This document shows, piece after piece, positions 42,224 through 56,787 of a DNA stretch of 64,000 bases. The stretch is taken from contig OX597837.1 of assembly GCA_951406725.2 (NCBI GenBank), forward strand, positions 43,214,001 through 43,278,000, in the 5' to 3' direction. The stretch is from Octopus vulgaris (lineage: Eukaryota). Numbering within the stretch: the first letter of the stretch is position 1; the number at the start of each line of letters is the position of its first letter. The position numbers were made by a program, and so were the translations under genes. The notes beneath the pieces were generated by a model. That model was not told the origin of the DNA, searched no databases, and was given only the letters and a program-made list of their open reading frames with translations.

Positions 42224-43143
42224 TTGGGTGATCCCATAAATAATGCAGTTTTTTCAAGTGCATGAATCAAAAGTCGGAAGAGGTCAGATAAACTACTTAC
42301 ATCAATTTGAAATAGAAGCAGGTAGTAATTTTACCTTGTACTTATTCTTAGTGCAAATTTTGAAGAGTGCAGTTCGATTTTAACAGTTATTTTTCCAAAG
42401 CTATAATGGAAGTGACAAAGGAGCATATTCGGCATATTTTGCTTTATGAGTTCAATAAAGGCAACAACACAGTGGAAAGTCCAAGGAATATTAATGCAGT
42501 GTATGGGGATCGGACAATGAGGGTAAGCCAGTGTCAACGGTTGTTCCAGAAATTCTGAACCGGAAACGACAGCCTTGAAGACGAGCTTCGTCCTGAAAGA
42601 TCTGTAGGGCTCGACGAGGACGTCCTACAAACCCTGGAAGAACAAAATCCTTTCGTAACTGTTGAGGAACTAGCAGAGAAGCTTGGATTTGATCATTCAT
42701 CTCGTCATTCAGCTCAGCGCTAGAAGCAAAACGACCATCTTTGGTTTGAAGACGAAAGGTGTTTCTCTATCAGGATAATGCTGGACCACATACGGCGAAG
42801 ATGACATTCCAAAGGCTGGATCCGTTTGAATGGGAAGCAATGCCCCACCCACCATATTCACCGGACATTGCCCCTTCTGATTAGCAATTATTCCACAGTC
42901 TTCACAACCATTTGGACGGAAAAATATAAATTCTGTAGATGAGGCCAGAACAGCACTGGAGGAGTATTTTTCGTCACGGACGAATGGATTTTGGAAGAGG
43001 GGCCTTGCAAGTCTACCAGATAGATGGAAGAGCATTGTAGAAGATGAAGGATAGTATATTTTGAATTTTAAAAATATCTTTGTGTATCTTAATTTTGAAA
43101 AATAAAAGATTTAAAAAACCGCATTATTTATGGGATGACCCAA
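42224..43143 (+). mobile_element. Mariner (D,D34D) element, internally deleted, transposase pseudogene
   Basis: TIRs ttgggtgatcccataaataatgc / gcattatttatgggatgacccaa+TA. ATG at 42406 gives MEVTKEHIRHILLYEFNKG; later HQDNAGPH-like, HPPYSPDIAPSD and FWKRGLASLPDRWKSIVE; premature stops and the first catalytic D region is missing. Confidence 0.93.
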
Positions 43144-43922
43144 TATATATATGTGTGTGTAAGGAGTGAGTGAGTGAGTGAGTGCATGAGAGAGGAAAGT
43201 GAAAGAGAAAGAGAGAGATTGCTCTCACTAAACAAATCATTTACAATTTTGACTTCGATGTATTTCGCACAATTCTTGCTTTCAGTTCGTATTTTTAAGA
43301 GAAAGATAAGAGACTCTCCATATTTTCCATAATTGGTATTTTTACTTTTACTCTAAGTAAAGATGGTTTACAAAAATTATATAAATTTTGCAAATTTCTA
43401 CTCTCAGACAAACTTTAGATTTTGTCTTCGTATATTTTCTTTAAATATAGGTCTGATTCAATAAAGTCGAACATTGATTAAAATAACAGTTATTATAAAT
43501 ATAAATTAGTATAATAATTTTTTTTTTAGAATTAGTAGAGCAACAATAAGAAGTACGCAACGCTAATTTTCGATGTTTTCGACAATTTTTTCAAAATTAT
43601 ACATTAGAAACTCTATCATTACGTACTTTTTTAACAAGGCAATTAATTACATATTTGTTAGACTCTCAGAATAGTTGTATTACATAAATTGGATTTTCGC
43701 AGATTTTTTTCGGCATTTTTCCACATTTTCTAAAAAACCAACGTTTCAAAATATTTACGAGCGGACATTCTTCGAAAAAGGACTGTTTCAAATATATTTT
43801 TTCAAACGTCTGTCCACCCTTCGTCGTACCTTTTGAATACTAGCCATCTTTATTTTTTCTTATTTTTCGCTGTTTTAATTCATATAGTATTTCACATTTT
43901 GAAACATTTATAATTTGTATAT

Positions 43923-44070
43923 AGCAGGAGTGGATGTGTGGTAAGTAGCTTGCTTACCAACCACATGGTTCCGGGTTCAGTCCCACTGCGTGGCATCTTG
44001 GGCAAGTGTCTTCTACTATAGCCTAGGGCCGACCAAAGCCTTGTGAGTAGATTTGGTAGATGGAAACCAA
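43923..44070 (+). mobile_element. SINE family A 5' half
   Basis: gcaggagtggatgtgtggtaagtagcttgc...gatttggtagatggaaac. Confidence 0.85.
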
Positions 44071-44686
44071 ATATGTGTGTGTGCGCGCGCGCGCGTGTTT
44101 GTTTTCAGATTCGTACAAATCGTAAAAATGTTATTACATTTAATCGAATCTTCGAAAAAAGCACTTTTATAAATAAAATTAATTGCTAAGGGTTAAATAT
44201 AAAACAAAATATGTTCTAATTACTTTGTATAAACAATGACATATGTTTCGGAAACAACTGACATGAATAAAGTGTTTGCTATTCTTTACTTTCGTATTTA
44301 CATCTCGCATAATACATGAATGCAATTTTCCCCGGAGGTATTGTAGCTGAAAATCATTGATATTCTAATAAATTCATTTTAATACAAAACTATTCATTTA
44401 AAATAATTTTATGCAAAATTTAATACAAAATGATCTGTTTTAATACTAATATGTTTGATATTAATTACTTTAAATTTCTGAATAATGTATTTTAATCGAA
44501 TTTAAATTAGCGGATTTGTTACATCTTAGCAGAGAAAAAAGGGGGTAAGTGAACAATGCTAATGAAGCTTCTTATTTCTTCGTTTCAGTAAATTCTGCAC
44601 ATACGGGCTTCATTTCACACCTTACACACACACACACATGCGCGCGCGCGCAAATACAAACACACACATACACACACATATATACG

Positions 44687-44722
<36 letters not shown>

Positions 44723-45344
44723 CGGACACACAGAGACACACACACACACACCTCCACAAAACGATAATACAAAGTATGACCCCAAATGACATTTGTCCAT
44801 CCCCAAAATCACAAAAGGTGTAATTTCTGGCCAGCTTACCCACCAACACACACTCAGTGACACCAGAATGGACAGAGAGCTAAAATTCTTAGACCTCCCC
44901 AGGGGGTCCAACAGGCCAAAGGAAATCCTTCTTCTTCTTCTTCTTCTTCTTCTTCTTCTTCCCTCTCCCCCTCCCCTTCCCCTTTCCACCTTTCTCTCTT
45001 TAGCCTCAGATACAAACGCACACACACACACACACAAACACACACACAACACACACACACACATACACATACACACATGTTCTCTCCCTCACTTCCTCCT
45101 CATCTACCTCACCCTCTTATACTATCTTGTTCCTCCTCACTACTACGAAACTCTATAAAATGACCAAATTCCCCACAAAGGAATTGATTTGATTTGAAAA
45201 CCCCACTGGAATGGGAGAAAGCGCTAATAATCTGAATGATATGATATATATATGTAAAAAATGTAATATATAAATAAATATCTATAAATATGAACCATCC
45301 GATCTTCTGATTACCTCATTTCTTCTAATATATATATATATATT

Positions 45345-45530
45345 CTTTTATTCTTTTCTTTGTTTCAGTCATTTGACTGCAGCCATGCTAGAGCACCACC
45401 TTTAGTCGAGCAAATCAACCCCGGGACTTATTCTTTGTAAGCCTAGTACTTATTCTATCGGTCTCTTTTGCCGAACCGCTCGGTTACGGGGACGTAAACT
45501 CACCAGCATCGGTTTGAAGCGATGTTGGGT
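45345..45530 (-). mobile_element. SINE family A 3' half
   Basis: Reverse complement of the family A body and tail. Confidence 0.85.
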
Positions 45531-45789
45531 GCCAAAAAATATGTACTGGGGACGATTCATTCGACTAAAAATATTCTTCAAGGAGGTACTCCAGCATGGC
45601 CGCAGCGTAATGAATGAAGCAAAAAAAAAAAGATAAAAGATGAAACAACAATGAGAAATGAAATGCCAGAAACATCAGGGAGTATCAAGAATTCGCAAGT
45701 TACCCTCAAAGTAACACTCATCTTCGCGCCAAAAAGAAGAAATTTAATGAAACTTACTTGTGATACGGATTTACTTTCACTTTCACTTT

Positions 45790-46930
45790 CAAAAATAGCG
45801 AAGAAAAACCTGTCTGCTTCATTTGTAACTATTGTTGGGCGAATGAAAGGATGAAACCTATGAAATAAAATAAAATTTTGAACTAAGGCATTTCTTCTAT
45901 AGCAAGAAGCCAAGAGAAATATTTGGAAAGCTGTCGGAATCATTCAGAAGACAGAAGCAATCTCCTGAGAGTCACATTCATATTATAAACATGAGGTCAT
46001 CGAACTTACGGTCATCTTTTGAATCTAGTTATATAATGGTATGATCAAGAAACACCCAGCAGCATACACACATGCGCGCGCGCACATACAGATATAGCAT
46101 CGGTGGGGAACTTGTGTTACCTGTAGTGATAAAAATAAGAGAAATTGTTCAGGTAAAAAATATGCAAATGAAATAAGGAAAGTTTCTCTGTTAGATAATA
46201 CAGTTGGTAGCCGTAGTTCAGAAATTAACGATGACCAATTCGGACAATATGTAGAGAAAGAATCTTTTTTCAAAATGCTCTGAATTTGCAATCCAGTAGG
46301 GTGAAAATACTGACAATATAAACTCAGTCCAATTATTGGAATACGTCAGGTATTCTTATGAAAATAGTGTCCACGGAGACTTGCTGTTCTCTCGATCGAT
46401 ATATGGACATACTACAGGAGCAATTATTTTTCAAGAAGAAGACAATTTTTTTTCAAAGATGTGGGCTTTGACTGAAATAATTGAGTACATGCTGATGGCG
46501 CTGTAGATATAACAACAACGAAAATTACATTTCAAATTAAAGTCGAATCTGTAAGCAAAAATCTTATTACTTTCATTCATGGCATAATTCATCAAGAAGC
46601 AATTAGTATTTAAGAAATTTCCTGCAGGTCTGAAACTAGTCATGAAAAGTCGTTCACTCTATAGTCACTTCTTCACGAAAATCTCCATTGTAACGAAAAT
46701 GTATTTAATTTCTGCAAACTTTTATTGAGAACAGAAGTGCGATGCTTCTCAGGTTTTGAAACTACTTTTGGAATTATAAAATAGAGTCATAATATTCCTA
46801 TCGGGATAGAATTCAGATTTGGCTAATTTGCTTCAGAAATAAAATTTGTTATATAACTTATGATATATGGCACATGTTTTTGGTAAACATAATGAACTTA
46901 ATGCCATTACAAGAAGAAAAAGGTAATATT
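45790..46930 (+). mobile_element. Decayed hAT (Charlie/Buster, ZBED5-like) transposase
   Basis: Ordered remnants ANERMKP, IRKVSLLDNTVGSR, FAIQ*GENTD, QLLEYVRY, DGA, HGIIHQEA, TEVRC and NELN match Charlie-type transposase motifs; many stops. Confidence 0.8.
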
Positions 46931-47258
46931 TTTTTTATTTAAAAGTAATTTAACCATATGGAAATGCAAAATAGAAAATATTGGGTTAGAAATATTCTCA
47001 TATAGACACAGGTATGGGTGTGTGATTTAAGAAGCTTGATTTCCAGCAACGTCGATTTTGGTTCAATCCCTGTGCACCTCACCTTGGACAATTTTATTCT
47101 ACAATAGCACCGACCCGAAAGAATTCAGTGGATTTGATCGACGGAAACGGAGAGAAGCCTCTTCTTTCTCTCTCTCTTTCTCTCTCCTCCCTCTCTCTCT
47201 CTATATATATATAATTTATGTACATATAAATGAAGGAAAAGAAATTTGAGATTGGGAA

Positions 47259-47306
<48 letters not shown>

Positions 47307-47403
47307 AGGAACGGGAGGGAGAGAATTTGGATTATCTCCACGTGGAGAGTTGTAATGTAAAAATATATATATAGGAGAAGGAAAATGCACACAGTTTACA
47401 TAG

Positions 47404-47460
<57 letters not shown>

Positions 47461-47739
47461 AAGTTTGAAAACGCCACTATATAAGATAAATCTTAATTTT
47501 CTTAGAAATTTTATCAAAAATATTTTAAAAAGTTAAGTGTAATAAAAAAGTTCATAATTGTTTCTTACTGGTCTCAACAGAATCCACGTTGTGGTTTTTT
47601 GCGGGGAGTAAGTATAATATCTGTCTTATGTGTTCGAATACGACTAAGATAATGGTCAGTGGCTGAAAATTTTCAGGAATGTATTTACGCACGTGCTGTT
47701 GGCAATTTCTTTTCCTTCTTTGGACTTATCCAGTTCTCC

Positions 47740-47773
47740 TTTTCGACGAAGAGCAATGCTCAAAACATCAAAA
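47740..47773 (+). ncRNA. Degenerate minimal hammerhead-like motif
   Basis: tttt-CGACGA-A-GAGC-aat-GCTC-AAAACATC-aaaa; same layout as 59738-59775, core mutated. Confidence 0.4.
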
Positions 47774-48615
47774 ACTTTTTTTTACTAAGCATCAAACGAA
47801 TACATTCCTTGTGACCATCCCCTTGCTTCTTCTTAATTATATTGCTCGTTTTTTTAAAATATTTGACTATATTTCTTTATACGTGGGGAAGGTAGTTCTT
47901 TGAGTTCCCGTCTACCATTTAACCTCATAAGGCATTGGTCGAACCAGGACTATAGTAGAAGATACTTGCCCAAGCCATCTGATATTGGTATCGAACGTGT
48001 ATCCTTGAGATTGCTGAAATGGTCGTCTTAACAACACGTTCATACGTTATTCTGCTTAGCGTAGATTATATGTGTGTGTGCATATATATACATATGCATG
48101 TACATATATTATTCATTCATCGTAGATGCAAAGCCTTTATGATCTTTCGCTGCTTAAGTATACTTTCTTCACGAAACTCTCCTACTACATCATGCAAACA
48201 CATGCACATCGAGAAGAATTATTAAAATAAAACATATTAGGAACTCACAGAATCCATGTTAATGCAAAAAAAAAAATCTATAAGTAAATAATATCAATAA
48301 TAAATAATAAAGAAAAGTAATAATCTTGCAAAGGTGATGTTGAAATTTCTTCAGTTTGCGACAGAAGAATAAATGTTTTTTATTTTTTTTTAGTTTTTGT
48401 TCCCTCTCGTTTTTGCCTTATTCCATTTCATACAAATGGTAAATGTTTTATAAAAAGGTTCCAAGCTCAGCTCGTAACAGCAGGGAAAAAGCATAAGACT
48501 CTTCTCGGAGTTCTTGGAAGAACACAATGAGAAATGTATGAAATATATATATATATATATAATGTAATATAATACAATATATGTGTATACGATAAATATA
48601 TATGTATAAGTGTTA

Positions 48616-48715
<100 letters not shown>

Positions 48716-49094
48716 GTCTACCTATCTATCAACATATGTGTATATGTGCATATGTATATATGTATAATGTAATATAATACAATATAAGGTTTAAGATAAA
48801 TATACGTATGTATTAGTATATATACATATAAAGAAATGTAAATATATATACACATATATTCACAGATACTGGTAAACACACAAATACGCATACACGCACA
48901 CATACACACACATACGCATACATGCACACATACACACACACACAAGCATGCATGCACACACACATACACGTATGCACATATAATATACCCAAATAAAGCA
49001 GCTGCAATGAATAGATGCCGCTACGCAGTTAATTCAACGATAGAAATCGTGAGAAGCAATTCTTAATCGATCCCTTGAAACATTGAGTTAGAAG

Positions 49095-49158
<64 letters not shown>

Positions 49159-49178
49159 TATATATACATATATATACA

Positions 49179-49213
<35 letters not shown>

Positions 49214-49531
49214 ATATACATATATATATACATATATATACATGTATATCTATATATATATACATATATATATACATATATATACATATATATCTATATA
49301 TATATACATATATATATACATATATATATATACATATATATATACATAAATATACTATATATATATATATATATATATATACAAACATATATATATATGT
49401 ATATATATATGCATATATATATGTATGTATATATATATATATACATATATACATATACATATTTTTATATGTATATATACAAATATATGCATATTCATAT
49501 ATGTATACATATATATATACATATATATACA

Positions 49532-49575
<44 letters not shown>

Positions 49576-49721
49576 AACATATATATATATATATATGCAT
49601 ATATATGGATATATAAATATATATGCCTATATATATATATATATATGTATGTATGTAGGTAGGTAGGTACGGTTTCGAAAGTTTCATTTAAGATTCTGAA
49701 AACTCTTGGAGAAAGGGGTAA

Positions 49722-49753
<32 letters not shown>

Positions 49754-50027
49754 GAAAAAGAAGATAAAATGAAGTTTTATTTCCTCTGCGTTAAGAAACC
49801 TTTAAACTTTGATGAAAAGAACAGAAAGTAAGAATGATCAGGAAGGAAACTCTAAATGATAAAGGTTTTATGGTTTATTCAATGGAGAGATTTAGAGATA
49901 ATTTTTTCTTTTTTTTTGATTTCTAAAATATCGTAATTGTTGAAATGACAAGGCAAATAAAAACAACAAAAACAGTAGCAGCAGCAGCAGTAGTATTGCT
50001 AACGATTCTACCAACTCGTCGCCTTCC

Positions 50028-50428
<401 letters not shown>

Positions 50429-51219
50429 AATTCTTTCTACTGGAAGTCGATTTGCTCGACTAAAGGCGGTGCTCCAGCAAGGCCGCAGTCAAATGACTGA
50501 AACAAGTAAATGAGTATAAGAGCAAAGAGTATAACGGCTTCATATTTTGGTACATGACCAACAAGTTTAGTGATGTGGTATGTAGATAACTTTGACCATT
50601 GTTTTAAACTGGTACTATTTTATGTACCCCGAAAGGACAAAAGGAAGAGTCGACCTCGGCGGAATTTGAACTCAGAACTGGAAGATATTTCACTAAGCAT
50701 TTGTTCCAACGCGCTAAAGATTCTACCAGCTATCTGCTTTGAGCGCCTCATATAATGATGTCAAAGTATGACCCAAGGCCACCAATTTTAAAGAAGACGT
50801 TTTTCGATTATATCAGCTAATGTTTTCAATTGGTACTTATTTCATTGACTCCGAAATGATAAAAGGTAAATTCAACTCGACGAAATTTGAGCTCAGAGCG
50901 TAATGAACCGAAAGATGTCTCTAAACAATTTGCTCGAGGCTCTAATTCTTATACCAGCTCGGCGCCTTTAAGACCTCAAATTGTACTTTACTATAATTCC
51001 ATAGAAAGCATTTACTATAGCAAATAAGTCACAAGTGATAATACTATATGATAAACTGTTTAATGAACCAAAATTTCACTGATAAATAGACGGTGTGATA
51101 ATCCTGTTATATATTTAGGTGATAATCTTATACGGTCTTGAGGAATTAGTCTTAGAAAAGAAACAAGCTACATAGAGAAACAAAACAACACTTTATTTCT
51201 TTATTCGACACAACAGTTA

Positions 51220-51566
<347 letters not shown>

Positions 51567-51578
51567 TTATTATTATTA

Positions 51579-51651
<73 letters not shown>

Positions 51652-51916
51652 CATCATCATTATCATTATTATTGTTATTATTATCATCATTATCATTATT
51701 ATTGTTTTTATTATTATTTTAGAAATCAGTATATCCTTGACAGTAGATTCTTATAGACTAATAAATATATATTCGAATAAATCGGTGTGTATACATACAT
51801 ACAAGCACACACACACTCACACACGGTCATAATTCTAAAACTATATATATGTATATATATGTTTATATATTTGCATATATATGTACATATCTATTTAACT
51901 ATTTATACACACACTT

Positions 51917-51967
<51 letters not shown>

Positions 51968-51993
51968 CACAGATACAAACATATATACATATA

Positions 51994-52043
<50 letters not shown>

Positions 52044-52048
<5 letters not shown>

Positions 52049-52565
52049 ACCCTGTGGAGAACTGTTGTTCTCTACCATTTGAACTACTGCTCCCAGTTAT
52101 GGTTACTACATAGTGCCAAACTAACGCTACTACACTAAAAAGATTGAAACAGTGCAGCTGATGATCAACCCGGATAGGCTGATAAAATTGCATCTTTTCT
52201 CTCTGGAGCGAAGGCATGAGAGATATGCAATAACCTACATATGCAAAGCTCTAGAGGGGCTAGTACCTAATTTAGGCATTGAGTTTTATACAAATGCCAG
52301 AACTGGCTGCCATTGTATTGTACCAAAGGTACCTCTCTCTTTGCTCTTTTACTCTTTTACTTGTTTCAGTCATTTGACTGCGGCCATGCTGGAGCGCCGC
52401 CTTTAATCGAGCAACTCGACCCCTGGATCTTATTCTTTCTAAGCCTAGTACTTATTTTATCGAGCTTTTGTGCCAAACCGCTAAGTGACGGTGACATAAA
52501 CATTCCAGCATCGGTTGTCAAGCGATGTTGGAGGGACAAACACAGACACACAAACATACTCGCAC

Positions 52566-52598
<33 letters not shown>

Positions 52599-53102
52599 TA
52601 CGGCGGGCTTCTTTCAGTTTCCGTCTACCAAATCCACTCACAAGACTTTGGTCGGACCGAGGCTATAGTAGAAGACACTTGCCCAAGGTGCTACGCAGTG
52701 GGACTGAACCCGGAACCATGTGGTTGGTAAACAAGCTACTTACAACACAGCCACTCCTGCGCCTATCCACTTTAAGTTGAGGACCAGGTATTTCAATTGT
52801 CTAGGGTTCCAAAGGCCCACAACTCTTCAATGCCTTGCCACAGAAATTAAGAAATCTGCTAAAGGTGGAAGCAGATGTCTTCAAAAAGGAACTAGACATC
52901 GTCCTTTCTACAATACCGGATGAATCAACAGCCCGACATGAGGTGCAGGCGAGGGTAACGGAATCAAACTCCTAACTGAGACAAAGGCGCTTACAGGAGT
53001 GCTGATGTGAAACGCCCTTGACTGAGGACATCAGAAAGATCCATGTGGTGCTCCAGTATGACTGCAGCTGCATGAGTAAAATGACTAAAAGTATAAAAGA
53101 AT
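52044..53102 (+). mobile_element. 5'-truncated CR1/L2-group LINE 3' end, interrupted by a SINE
   Basis: Peptides [17 protein letters not shown] and DRLIKLHLFSLERRHERYAITYICKALEGLVPN...HCIVPKVP, resuming after the SINE as KLRTRYFNCLGFQ. Confidence 0.8.
52334..52763 (-). mobile_element. SINE family A, full length, nested in LINE
   Basis: The minus strand runs from ggcgcaggagtggctgtg to gactgaaacaagtaaaagagtaaaagag. Confidence 0.92.
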
Positions 53103-53915
53103 AAATATATATAATATAAACAACCATATACGCACATAGTTCTCCAAACTTAAATATATAGATGCTGACATGAGCAGGAATAAATTTACTGGAAAAATAA
53201 ATTTGTTTTATAGTATCAGTTATTTAGGAGATGTCTTATCAGCACACTAAATTAGAAGATGAATAAGAATGCATTCAGATATATAATAAATACCAACATC
53301 CTAATTAGTTTAAAGAATATAATTATCGTAGCCAATCTACTTTAAAATGTATTAGCATTCATATACACGCTGGAGGTTTATTGAATAATAACAGTACTAT
53401 GAATTCTGTAATATAAGTAGTTAATAGTGCATTTGGTTAAGTGTAGTATATGGTTTAATGTAAGTTACTTTAGTTTAATATAAGTTGGTTTAGTGTAAGT
53501 TAGTAGTATATTCGGTGTAATACATGAAAAAATAATTATTACAGAAGTTATTCAGCTCACAAACATAAAGTGCAAAACATATTTGAATGAAAGAATATAA
53601 AGTAAAGTTGTCATAATATCCAGATATAGAAGTAACATTTTTCGTCGCAGGGTTCTTTAACGAATATGTGTGTTGGTATAAATTACTTTAAAAAGTTTAG
53701 CGGTTAAGCCTGAGATTTACAGACTCGTTTCTTCGTGAAGCATACTTTATTTATTTTGTTTTCTATGTCTTATTTGCTTTTTATTCTTTATATGTTTGCT
53801 TGTCGCTTTCTTTCGAACTTTCTATTTTTTTCTTTTTAATTATTCATTGTATGTAGAACCAGTCCAGTTCATGTTTAGTATCAGTGGTTGGTGGTGCACT
53901 TTTTTTAATACTTGT

Positions 53916-53959
53916 ACATTCTAGTGATAATAGTGATACTACTATTATCACTAGAATGT
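53916..53959. repeat. Perfect 19-bp inverted repeat with 6-nt loop
   Basis: acattctagtgataatagt-gatact-actattatcactagaatgt. Confidence 0.9.
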
Positions 53960-54661
53960 TATTAACCACCCATTTGAAAGTGAAAATAAATACAATATGT
54001 CCCATCTTTATGTAAACTAATTATCTTAGATTTCTTATTGAGCAATGGGTCCTTGGTAAACAAGATTGCCATTATTTCAGCTCTTCATAAATCACAATTT
54101 TTTCTAATATACAATTTTGTCTTTGTCAGAATGCTACATTCCAAATCATGAGGCTTATTGGTTTCTCTAAGCTGTCTGATGTATCCAGATAAATAGGCAG
54201 CATTTTTCCTAGAAGGGTTCTTGAATGAACGTGTGCGTTGTGAATAATTTATCTTTAATTTTCTAGCAGCGAAGCCTGAAATTTATTAACTATATCCTTG
54301 GAGTGTAGTTCAAGTTATGAGGACTGTTAAAAGGTTTCATTATTTAACGTCAGTATTATCACTAGAGCTGTTTTAATATAATTTAGCTAAGTTAGATAAA
54401 ACTATGTTTTGTGTTTATTTGGGTTAGTATTTATGTTTAAAGTGTGATGGTATTTATGTGGAGAAAGAATATATTTATCAAAAGTATCTTCGTAATAGAG
54501 ATATATTTATAAGGCTATTTAGCATGCATTTAAGGTCCTATTTCTGAACTGGAGACTGAAATGTAGAAACTCTTTTCCTTAAAGCCACTTCTAATTGAGG
54601 ACTAAACAGTTGTTATTAATTAGGTGATTTGTTAATATAATGAGTCGGAGAAACCTTTATC

Positions 54662-54761
54662 NNNNNNNNNNNNNNNNNNNNNNNNNNNNNNNNNNNNNNN
54701 NNNNNNNNNNNNNNNNNNNNNNNNNNNNNNNNNNNNNNNNNNNNNNNNNNNNNNNNNNNNN
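54662..54761. other. Assembly gap (100 N)
   Basis: Run of N; both flanks share ctttatc. Confidence 1.
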
Positions 54762-54944
54762 CTTTATCTAAATTCATAGTAGCAAGTACAAAATCTACCA
54801 TGTTAATGTTAATTCCAATGATTTATTTAAGTCGATGTTTGAATTTTTCCCCTCTCCGTACAATGTGGCTCAGAGTTAGTAAATATCAACCCATCATACC
54901 GATACAATGCGCCTTTAAACAGAAAAAGTATCTTCTATTTGATA

Positions 54945-55450
54945 TCTATATATATAAAACTCTAGTTGTGTGAGTGTCTGTCCCCTTCGATTTAGATTCC
55001 TAACTCCTCCCACATTTTGCGGTGCAGTTTAACCAAATTCGGGTATCTTATAGTCGTGATTCATATCGAGCCCGTCTGACTATTAGCGCGCGTCAACGAT
55101 GAGTCTACGATTTTAAAAATAATTTAACATCATTTTTTATTCCATTTTAATGCATAAAATCTATCGTATGTCGATGGCGGCGGAGTTGGCGTCCACGCTC
55201 ACAGCTGCACCTGTTTGCTTCTCCCCCTTCCCTCCCTCGTGAAGCTGTGGGGAAGGGAGTATAAAGAAATCAACGTCGTAATGCGTTGTGAAGGAAACCA
55301 GCGTTCTTTTAGAACAACGACTTCATGGCTTGAAGACACCAAAACAAAAATGGCTAAGAAAGCCCGAATTTATAAGGGAAGTAACTCTCTAAAAATGCTT
55401 ATATAGTTATTTCCCTTACAAACCCGAGCAACGCCGGGCGATACTGCTAG
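54945..55450 (+). mobile_element. Non-autonomous Helitron (same family as 10140-10652)
   Basis: A|TC start, 3' hairpin plus CTAG|T; highly similar to 10140-10652. Confidence 0.88.
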
Positions 55451-56240
55451 TAATATATAAAAGTAACTTAAATTTCTAACCACTATGAATCAAAAGCCCC
55501 GCATATTGACGTCGACAGTGATTTACTGGTAAAAGTTGATAAATGTCTTGGTGGATTATAATATAGCTCTAATTTTAAAACTTTCTGCTGGGTACGGCTT
55601 CAGTTTAATCAATGGCTTTATCTTGTAAGCTTAAATAGAACTTTAGCACAGCTACCTAGTAAGGATAGAAGCTCGAACGACTCTTCATTTGGTAAAGAAA
55701 GCTGGGTAGGTTTAGTTTTCGTCCTGTATTTGTGGCGAAAGATGTTTGTAGTGAACGGTGGTTAAGAGGCTTTTGATAAAATTTTTTCTCTGAATGAATA
55801 CCATTCTCACCTTTTTTCACACATCACTTGGAGGAGAAAATGAGGGTAGGGAGAGATATGGGAAAGAAGGAGAATGTGAGAGTAAGGAGAGATTTTTTTA
55901 TGGTGTGTATGGTATGGGCAAATACGCTTACTACAAGTGGATATAAGTTCGTGAAAAGATGTCGGGAAAAAATCACTTGATTTTTGGCGTATCAGAGTAA
56001 TCCGCGATTAAGTGAGATGTGTTCCCAATCACCTTCTACGTGTGTTCTTCATATTTTGTTGATTTTTATACAGTTCTTGCTATTTATTGTTTATTTATTA
56101 ACGTATACTTATTGTTTTAGCTGATTTCGTGCTTTTATTGATGTAACCTTCTCCACTGTCTCTTGTTTGCTTGATTTTGAATTCCAATAACATAAACCCC
56201 GGATAGCCAATTAAAGAAATTATTATTATTATCATTATTA

Positions 56241-56312
<72 letters not shown>

Positions 56313-56727
56313 GTAGTAGTAGTAGTAGTGGTAGTAGTAGTAGTAGTATTACAACAATGTAGTATATCGACCGGAACTGTATTCATCAGAGAAAGGCCGG
56401 ATATAGATTCTTGAAGACATCAGCAGAATTATGAAATCTTTTTGCGAGATCAATCGAATGTAAATTCATCATGAGATCAATGGTTATGCAGATAGATCAA
56501 CCGGATGTAGAATGGATATCGACCGGATGTAGAATTTTTGCTACATGTCCGATATACGTGCCACTGATATAAAACAAAAAAACAAAAACGCAAAGAAAAA
56601 TTGTATATAGCAATATTTTGAGCACTCAAAAAAATGTTCTGAAAAATCTATGTAAAATGCTGAAACAAAAGAAACATGACCAACAAAGTGATTAAGAAAA
56701 CCAAAGTTACGTGCAGATATGTGTGTG

Positions 56728-56759
<32 letters not shown>

Positions 56760-56787
56760 GGCGTAAATATATATATATATCTATATC

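Larger units (their letters stand above)
53962..56000 (-). mobile_element. Decayed Penelope-like retroelement (Naiad-type RT plus C-terminal GIY-YIG endonuclease)
   Basis: Minus-strand remnants in order: SFYP, DVNM/AFDS (cf. FDVTMGSYDG), GALYRYDG (cf. GLYRDDG), VDFVLATMNL, HKYHHTLNINT, then GFAARKLKINYSQRTRSFKNP...LSGYIRQL...CDL*RAEIMAIL...LLNKKSKIIS. Interrupted by an N-gap and a Helitron; clade assignment is from motif memory. Confidence 0.75.

Noticed and set aside
43250-44196. piggyBac-like end AGGG-TTAA at about 44190
   Set aside because: No matching left end was found.
53400-54900. Possible mitochondrial insertion (AT-rich, tRNA-Tyr-like ctgtaaa)
   Set aside because: No cloverleaf or mitochondrial gene recognised; the minus strand matches Penelope-like RT and endonuclease motifs instead.
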